Under the pieces are notes generated by a model that was given only the letters and a program-made list of their open reading frames with translations, had not been told where the DNA came from and ran no database searches. From a virus (taxonomy: Duplodnaviria; Heunggongvirae; Uroviricota; Caudoviricetes), in IMG/VR virus record IMGVR_UViG_3300027744_000008: 64,000 nucleotides of DNA, one strand, 5' to 3'. A program made the position numbers and the translations under genes. Positions 58,498 through 64,000 of the stretch are shown here, one piece after another; the stretch's first letter is position 1; every line of letters starts with the position of its first letter.

Positions 58498-58758
58498 TTA
58501 GTATTCGTAGATTACAACGCTGGGGTCAATGCTTCTCAACTGATCTGCACAGCGAGTCAGCTCACGAAAGCGACGGTTAACCTCTGCACGGGGCAGTTCA
58601 CCATCACAGCTCAAGTTCTCTGGACTCAGTGCCGCATCAATCTTGTCTGCAATACACTGACGATCCCGAGCATTGAGCAAGCTCAACGGACGGCTGTTAA
58701 AGACTCTGTCGAATTGGTTCTGACGATCTAACCAGGCTTCAAGTGTTGAAATGTTCAT
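58498..58758 (-). CDS. Early hypothetical protein (LSPENLSCDGE motif)
   Basis: Promoter cassette and RBS. Confidence 0.72.
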   Translation of the reverse strand: MNISTLEAWLDRQNQFDRVFNSRPLSLLNARDRQCIADKIDAALSPENLSCDGELPRAEVNRRFRELTRCADQLRSIDPSVVIYEY

Positions 58759-58801
58759 CTATCGCTCCTTAACTGTTTAAGTGTATAGTATAGCACCAAA
58801 A

Positions 58802-59050
58802 TCAACGCTTGTCAATCAGTCCCTTAATAACCCTATCAGCTTCAGGGGTATCTTCAATGCCCATTTCAGTGCGATAGCACTCTACCAGTTCCATACGCAT
58901 CATTTCCATGATAGCCTGGCACTCAGCTTGCTCACGTCGGGGCAGGGTGGCTATAAAGCGTCCTACGTCTTCGTATTCCTCAAGCTCCCACATGATGTCA
59001 GCCAGCATCTTTTGACGGGCGTTCAGCCCCTGCAGTTTGATCTCAAGCAT
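58802..59050 (-). CDS. Early hypothetical protein
   Basis: AAGGA RBS. Confidence 0.65.
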   Translation of the reverse strand: MLEIKLQGLNARQKMLADIMWELEEYEDVGRFIATLPRREQAECQAIMEMMRMELVECYRTEMGIEDTPEADRVIKGLIDKR

Positions 59051-59186
59051 TGTCTTGTCCTTTGTGTTTAGGTTGACGTTTATACAGATCCTTACGCTCT
59101 ACTCGCTTGGGCTTGAAGGGCGTGTTGGCACAGAACAAAATGATGTGTTCTCTGTGCCGTTTAAGGGGTTGTTTTTTTGTGTCCAT
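59043..59186 (-). CDS. 47-aa basic peptide, ArfA-like candidate
   Basis: Leaderless start 6 nt after TATAAT; LFCANTPFKPKRVERKDLYKRQPKH. Confidence 0.55.
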   Translation of the reverse strand: MDTKKQPLKRHREHIILFCANTPFKPKRVERKDLYKRQPKHKGQDNA

Positions 59187-59253
59187 GCAGTTATTATATA
59201 CTCAAAAGAAGACCCAGTCAACCGTAGGGTCTTTGTGTTGTATATATGCAACA

Positions 59254-59481
59254 TTATGAGTTTACCGTGGCAAATGGGCTCAGATCATCTGTTGAGTCCG
59301 CTACACCCATGTCAGCTATCTTGCTCAGCACTAACTCAATGTCACAGAGCAACATAGAGGCAATGGTCTTGGCACTATAGCCCTCGATATACAATTCCTG
59401 GATCTCCCAGTCTAGATCACTCATGTCGTCTCCTTGAAACTGATCGCGGGCCTGAGCCCGCTTTGATTGAAACCCTGTCAC
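59254..59481 (-). CDS. Small hypothetical protein (possible HTH)
   Basis: IQELYIEGYSAKTIASML; the true start may be the internal ATG after AAGGAG. Confidence 0.55.
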   Translation of the reverse strand: MTGFQSKRAQARDQFQGDDMSDLDWEIQELYIEGYSAKTIASMLLCDIELVLSKIADMGVADSTDDLSPFATVNS

Positions 59482-59900
59482 GCTGTCTGTGCTTCAAGGG
59501 CCGCTGTCAACGGCACATAGGTGCTGTTGTGATCTGCTACATACCAAACAGCCTTGTCGCCGCAGGCCCGCAGGATGTATTCAAACTCTTCGTACTGGTG
59601 ATTGGCCTTGTAGTCTGCAAAGTCCTTGAACTTCTTGGCCTCGCAGCCGCTTTCCTTGCGATCACGCAGATAGAACGTGCATTCGCCTTCTGGTGCTTTG
59701 TCAAAGGCGTGCTGTGTGCCAATGCGCTCGCCTAAGCTAGACATATCGCCCAAGTCAATCAGCTGGCGCAGTTTGAACGGGTCTGAGTAGTGTTCTTGCA
59801 GGATCTTGCCGTTGTTTTCCAAGTAGCCGTCCCAATGACAGTAGACCTGCTCTACTGTACCGTCTGCAAACTCTAGTGCAATCGTTGATCTAGTTCCCAT
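59478..59900 (-). CDS. Early phage protein with YCHWDGY motif
   Basis: MGTRSTI...YCHWDGY; promoter cassette. Confidence 0.78.
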   Translation of the reverse strand: MGTRSTIALEFADGTVEQVYCHWDGYLENNGKILQEHYSDPFKLRQLIDLGDMSSLGERIGTQHAFDKAPEGECTFYLRDRKESGCEAKKFKDFADYKANHQYEEFEYILRACGDKAVWYVADHNSTYVPLTAALEAQTA

Positions 59901-59956
59901 TTGTTTCGCTCCTGTGTGTGTTTAAGTGTTTATTATACTGCCAAAAGATAACCCTG

Positions 59957-60142
59957 TCAACCAAAATAGCATTCAACTGCATCGTCAATGCCCTCATCAA
60001 AGGTGTCGCCGTACAGGCCCTCAATGTCCTGTGTGAAGAACTTCTCCAGCTCTTCCTTAGAGGGCTTCTTGCCCGATACCTCTTTGGCCATGCTCTTGAC
60101 TGCTTCCACTGCTTCTTTGGGGATTGTGATTGTGATCTTCAT
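59957..60142 (-). CDS. Small early protein
   Basis: AAGGAGCGAA RBS. Confidence 0.65.
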   Translation of the reverse strand: MKITITIPKEAVEAVKSMAKEVSGKKPSKEELEKFFTQDIEGLYGDTFDEGIDDAVECYFG

Positions 60143-60151
60143 GTTCGCTCC

Positions 60152-60286
60152 TTAGTTTAAACGTTCTGCCAATTCAATGCTCTCAAATTCTAACTCCCAC
60201 TCGTTGGCCAGTTCGTAGGCTGTTTCCAAGTTAGGGGCCTCAAGTACCAGCACACCTTCGCAGGTGTAAACAATGTAGTCTTTCAA
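60152..60286 (-). CDS. 44-aa acidic early protein (TTG start)
   Basis: AAGGAGCGAA RBS and promoter cassette. Confidence 0.55.
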   Translation of the reverse strand: MKDYIVYTCEGVLVLEAPNLETAYELANEWELEFESIELAERLN

Positions 60287-60329
60287 GTTCGCTCCTTGTT
60301 ACTGTTTAAGCCACTATTATATGCTCAAA

Positions 60330-60581
60330 TTACCAGGCTGTCAACTGATAGTCTGCAGAAACCCTACCCTCTGTAGGGTCATAGCTCAGGAATACTTTAG
60401 TACTATCTGTGCCGCCCTCTACGTGGAAGACCACCATGTAGCAGAACTGTCCGCCGGTGGTCATGCCCAAGAACTTGCAGGACGTGAACTCAGGACCCCG
60501 ATAGCCTGCATCCACAGCCGCTCGGGTCAGAGCAGGTGCTGTGAAGGTAGTCAGGGTAGTCAGTGTTTCTGCGGTGATCAT
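60330..60581 (-). CDS. Early hypothetical protein (MITAETL...)
   Basis: AAGGAG RBS; ATGA coupling. Confidence 0.65.
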   Translation of the reverse strand: MITAETLTTLTTFTAPALTRAAVDAGYRGPEFTSCKFLGMTTGGQFCYMVVFHVEGGTDSTKVFLSYDPTEGRVSADYQLTAW

Positions 60582-60865
60582 GCAAACTCCTTGTCTTCTT
60601 GTGTGAGCATGTTCGCAGGACAGCGCCACAGGGTCGTGCCCACACGGACTGTGACATACTTGATAGCGATCTTAGTGATGTCGCCCACCATGTTCATGCC
60701 AGTCTTGCTGGAGGTAAACGACACACGATCGCCTACACTAAGACCTGCTTTGACCCGCTTGCCCAGTGAGGCACGGTTCCATTTGACTGCATCGATCATC
60801 GACTGAAGTTCGATGTTAGACCAATCGCCAAACATGATTGCTGAGTTGACCTGTTTGATATCCAT
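60578..60865 (-). CDS. Early protein with SH3-like C-terminus
   Basis: LSVGDRVSF...GDITKIAIKYVTV; promoter cassette. Confidence 0.7.
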   Translation of the reverse strand: MDIKQVNSAIMFGDWSNIELQSMIDAVKWNRASLGKRVKAGLSVGDRVSFTSSKTGMNMVGDITKIAIKYVTVRVGTTLWRCPANMLTQEDKEFA

Positions 60866-60945
60866 CTTTCGCTCCTTTTTACTGTTTAAGCCACTATTAT
60901 ATGCTCAAAGTAAAGACCCGTCAACCACCCGGGTCTTTAGTGTTG

Positions 60946-61656
60946 TTATGCTGCCACGATGGCTATAGTACGACGAACGAAGCCCGAAGTGTCCTTTTTA
61001 GCACGACCCTTGGCCTTAAGTCCTAGCACAATGCCCTTAGGGTCCAGGAAGCGCAGATCATCTTCGTCTGCTGAGTATACACCCGCAGGGATCTTGTCAA
61101 ACACTGTGGCCACGCTCATGCCCTGCATAAGAGCTTCTGCTACATCGCTGTCGTTACCGTCTGCGGCACTGAAGGTCAAGTGGTAGTTAGGGATGTCTTT
61201 GACCTTGCGTCCCAGAACCTTGGTGTAGTCGTAGAACTGTAAGGTAGGGAACTGACTGAAGATGTTGTCATGCCCGTAACGAGTAGGATACTTCTCCCAC
61301 GACAAGTCACTAGTACCATTCAAGCGGAACACAGGCTTCAAGCCTTTACGGCGAGCAAAGTTCACAGCCTTCATGATGTCCGTAGTCAGATCGTCCATGA
61401 ATGCCGCACGATCGTTGAAGAAGTATTCAGTCTTGCGAATACGTGCCCGCTGAATAACGTTGGTGTTCTCACCGCGCTTGAACATGCCACCACGACCTGC
61501 GGTGTTAAGGCATGCTGCCGTGCAACCTGCTGTTCGCTTGGGGCAAGTCTCACGACCCGACAAGTCAGCAGGTGCAAGATGCAGGATGAAAGACAAATAG
61601 CCCTTGGCAGTGCCCTTTTGGATCTTGGGGTTTGCTGTTGAAAGTAATTTAAACAC
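60946..61656 (-). CDS. Phage Gp88-like Cys-rich protein (GTG start)
   Basis: NPKIQKG, CPKRTAGCTAACL, RLNGTSD and FYDYTK motifs. Confidence 0.75.
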   Translation of the reverse strand: MFKLLSTANPKIQKGTAKGYLSFILHLAPADLSGRETCPKRTAGCTAACLNTAGRGGMFKRGENTNVIQRARIRKTEYFFNDRAAFMDDLTTDIMKAVNFARRKGLKPVFRLNGTSDLSWEKYPTRYGHDNIFSQFPTLQFYDYTKVLGRKVKDIPNYHLTFSAADGNDSDVAEALMQGMSVATVFDKIPAGVYSADEDDLRFLDPKGIVLGLKAKGRAKKDTSGFVRRTIAIVAA

Positions 61657-61715
61657 GGTTCGCTCCTTGTTTGTAAGCCACAATTATAACAGGGGATCGC
61701 TCCCCTGTCAACCTC

Positions 61716-61901
61716 TTAGTAAGAGACCACACGAACCACTTGGTTAATGTAAGCCCAATGCGAGCCGTAGTCAATGCCCGGGATGCCGTTCTTGATGTCA
61801 GTGTCAACATCTGTAACCACCACACGCTCAGGTTCTCCCTGTCCGAAGCAGCCGCGCACAATCACAACACTGCCTACACGAATGTTTTCAATTGATACCA
61901 T
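61716..61901 (-). CDS. Small early protein (MVSIENIRVGS...)
   Basis: AGGAG RBS before ATG 61901. Confidence 0.65.
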   Translation of the reverse strand: MVSIENIRVGSVVIVRGCFGQGEPERVVVTDVDTDIKNGIPGIDYGSHWAYINQVVRVVSY

Positions 61902-61903
61902 GT

Positions 61904-62227
61904 TTATTCTCCTGCGAATTGATGTTGTTCCATGCCCGGGATAGAGCGCATCCGCTGGCTCATGCTCCGCCAAAGCACAGATTCCTTGCGGCCCTTGACC
62001 TTAACAGTAGGCACCGCAACCACTTCAAAGCCTGCTGACTTGACAGCTGAAGCCAAGTTCAAGTAGGCTATGGCTGACTCTTTGGTCATAGGCTCAGGTA
62101 ACAGTTCTAACTGAACAAGTTCATGCCCGTTACGTGCCAGGACACCTGCCCGCGACATTGAATTCGCAAAGCGATAGGCAGTCTTGCCATTCAATACAGA
62201 GGTACCCGCTACAGTATACAGTTTCAT
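61904..62227 (-). CDS. First gene of the early region; paralog of 55968-56351
   Basis: YTVAGTS...RFANSMSRAGVLARNGH vs FTVVGVS...RFANDPMRVKVLDKHGH. Confidence 0.72.
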   Translation of the reverse strand: MKLYTVAGTSVLNGKTAYRFANSMSRAGVLARNGHELVQLELLPEPMTKESAIAYLNLASAVKSAGFEVVAVPTVKVKGRKESVLWRSMSQRMRSIPGMEQHQFAGE

Positions 62228-62324
62228 TTCAGCTCCTTGTTGCTCAATATGTCTCTATTATAATGCCAAAAGGTGCTAGCGTCAACCAAAGACCCTATAC
62301 AAGAAAGTAATACTAAGGTTTGGA

Positions 62325-62353
62325 TTGACAACTATGCCTTTTGAGCTTATAAT
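62325..62353 (+). promoter_or_regulatory. Perfect consensus sigma70 promoter (TTGACA-17-TATAAT) firing into the DnaA-box array
   Basis: Direct motif match; no ORF follows. Confidence 0.8.
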
Positions 62354-62447
62354 TATGATACTGAGAGAGCGAAACAACAAGACTCTAGTACTAAAGATTC
62401 GAACTGCTATAACAGGGGATGGACGGCGAGGCTGCGCGACTGGTTCT

Positions 62448-62657
62448 CTATGCACAGGTTGTCCACAGTACAACTAAAGTTATCCACAGCTTATACACCG
62501 AGGCAGGTAAAACTTTTTTATTATACACTTTGGTTTGGCTTTTGAGCAGGCATTAATACCATAGTTACCCGAGTTATCCACAGCTTGTACACAGGTTATG
62601 CACATAGGTTTTAGTTATCCACAAGTTATTCGTGAGTTATCCACAATGTTATACAGT
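62448..62657 (+). promoter_or_regulatory. DnaA-box cluster (oriC-like or DnaA-binding locus)
   Basis: TTATCCACA at 62480, 62574, 62615 and 62637; TTATGCACA at 62596; near-matches at 62448, 62459, 62491, 62521 and 62585. Confidence 0.75.
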
Positions 62658-63142
62658 ATACTATAGTATAGTCAACTTATAGTACTAGTAGACTGTCACA
62701 GTATACAGTAGATAGTACTATAAGCGTGTGACTTTTTAATACCTTATACTGTATAAGAGTGCAACTAGAATCTGATCCCCTACTGTAGACCAGTCTATCT
62801 AGGTGGTTAGGCGACCAAAAACAGTGAAAAAGTGTGACAAAGTGCAATAAAGTGTGGCCAGACCTAGAAAATTCACCGTTTTAAGACCGTGGATGCAGGA
62901 TAGTGCAGGTAAAATTTTTTGATTCACTGTGGTGCCGACTGGCAATGCTCAAATACTTTTCCCTACTTTTTCCATTTTCTCCCCATCTTTCAATCAAACA
63001 GCATCTTGTGCTGGTCAACCACGTAGCGCACAGCATAAGATGCTGTGGCCCCAGGATTCAGCCATATTTTCCACTGTTAACCCCAGGATTTCTATATCTT
63101 CTGCCATCTAGAACCATAGTCTAGCCACTGGCGCACACAGGC

Positions 63143-63310
63143 ACAGCGGGGCCTAACGTGTCAACAGTGCTGGTATCCTGGATTCAGTGTGCAAGCCGCC
63201 TATAAGGGGCACTCTACACAGGAACCAACAGCGGGGCCTATTGTATACTCACACTACTAGTCGTGTATAGTCAACTCAAAGACTCTGTGCTAGTATGCAC
63301 AGCGGGGCCT
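63143..63310 (+). repeat. Three direct 12-bp repeats ACAGCGGGGCCT
   Basis: Copies at 63143, 63228 and 63299. Confidence 0.85.
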
Positions 63311-63487
63311 TTATACTTGTACATGTTCTTAGTGTATAAGCTACTGTCTAGTTTACTGTGATCTTTATTGTATATGTTATCGTATAGTATATTGTCTAGT
63401 TCATTGTATATAGGCTTTGGACCTGCCACTTCAAAAAAATTTCTGTGCTGCTTCGCAGGATTCTTATCTAACTTTTGCCAAACAGTC

Positions 63488-63516
63488 TTGACTCTTAAGG
63501 CTTTTGAGTATAAAAT
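63488..63516 (+). promoter_or_regulatory. Sigma70-type promoter TTGACT-17-TAAAAT
   Basis: Upstream of the AGGAG RBS and ORF 63545. Confidence 0.65.
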
Positions 63517-63544
63517 TAAGGCTTAATAACACACAGGAGTAGTC

Positions 63545-63751
63545 ATGAAATCAGCAGTATTCAAAGTCGTTGGAGGTCTTGCCCTCTTAATGCTCATCAG
63601 CTTCTTATGCTCGTGGCCCATATACATGCTGTGGAATAGCTGTCTAGTGGGTGCTGTTCAAGGAGTGGCTGAAGTCTCTTGGCCGCAGGCCTGGGGCATT
63701 ACTGTACTGTCAGGACTCTTGTTCAAGAACAACTCTGTGAGTAAAGACTAA
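63545..63751 (+). CDS. Small membrane protein
   Basis: AGGAG RBS; two hydrophobic segments. Confidence 0.7.
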   Translation: MKSAVFKVVGGLALLMLISFLCSWPIYMLWNSCLVGAVQGVAEVSWPQAWGITVLSGLLFKNNSVSKD

Positions 63752-63752
63752 T

Positions 63753-63893
63753 ATGACAACCGCAACAGAAGTTCCCTGCCCAAGATGTTGGGGTCAGTGG
63801 TTCATGGATCTAGATGAGTCAGGTGTGCCCTATACCTGCTACCACTGCTGTAATGGCACGGTGAAGTGCTGGGCAGAAGAGGAAGAGTCGTGA
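63753..63893 (+). CDS. 46-aa Zn-ribbon protein (CPRC...CYHCC)
   Basis: Open frame directly after the previous stop. Confidence 0.55.
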   Translation: MTTATEVPCPRCWGQWFMDLDESGVPYTCYHCCNGTVKCWAEEEES

Positions 63894-64000
63894 CAGCTTG
63901 GGTCTTGGTTATTTCCATGTTTAGCCCCGGGGGTGAGTTCATTAAAAAATACACTGAGGGGCCCATCGACTCCCATGCAGAGTGTGAATCTAGACGCAGA

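Larger units (their letters stand above)
50493..62296 (-). repeat. About 20 dispersed early promoter/RBS cassettes (TTGACN-17-TATAAT ... AAGGAGCGAA-start)
   Basis: Copies near 50493, 51098, 51253, 51900, 52245, 52612, 52925, 53735, 54517, 54975, 55217, 56405, 57005, 57331, 58759, 59187, 59901, 60286, 60866, 61657 and 62228. Confidence 0.88.

Noticed and set aside
50493-62296. CRISPR array or integron attC sites
   Set aside because: The repeats are degenerate promoter/RBS motifs separated by whole genes; there is no regular spacer length and no cas or integrase gene.
63143-63310. Mini-CRISPR array
   Set aside because: The repeat is only 12 bp, spacing is uneven (85/71), and there is no palindrome.
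1-64000. Stop-codon reassignment
   Set aside because: Core genes translate full-length in the standard code, and no suppressor tRNA is seen.

Overview
A 64-kb segment of a large T4-like (myovirus) bacteriophage genome, not a cellular chromosome. Left (1-13.4 kb): an array of tail-fibre/receptor-binding-type genes (63-aa repeats, duplicated LamG lectin modules, Gly-rich, C1q). Middle (13.4-31.6 kb): neck (gp13/14/15-like), dNMP kinase, tail sheath and tube, head-completion nuclease and terminase. Then (31.7-45.3 kb) a replication/recombination block: gp32, UvsX/Y/W, a miniature DnaE-like protein, primase, carbamoyltransferase and helicase. Right (49.5-62.3 kb): a minus-strand early region of about 40 small genes, most behind repeated sigma70 promoter/RBS cassettes, with four tRNAs, followed by a non-coding region carrying phased DnaA boxes. 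Three observations stand out. (1) A 1.65-kb, five-gene island almost free of GA, and depleted in GG, on the template strand (UC/CC-poor mRNA). (2) The terminator closing the early region displays in its loop the exact antisense of the GGAGCGAA extended RBS shared by many early genes. (3) An oriC-like DnaA-box array sits downstream of a perfect consensus promoter. All calls come from reading motifs by eye; no database searches were run and counts were made by hand.
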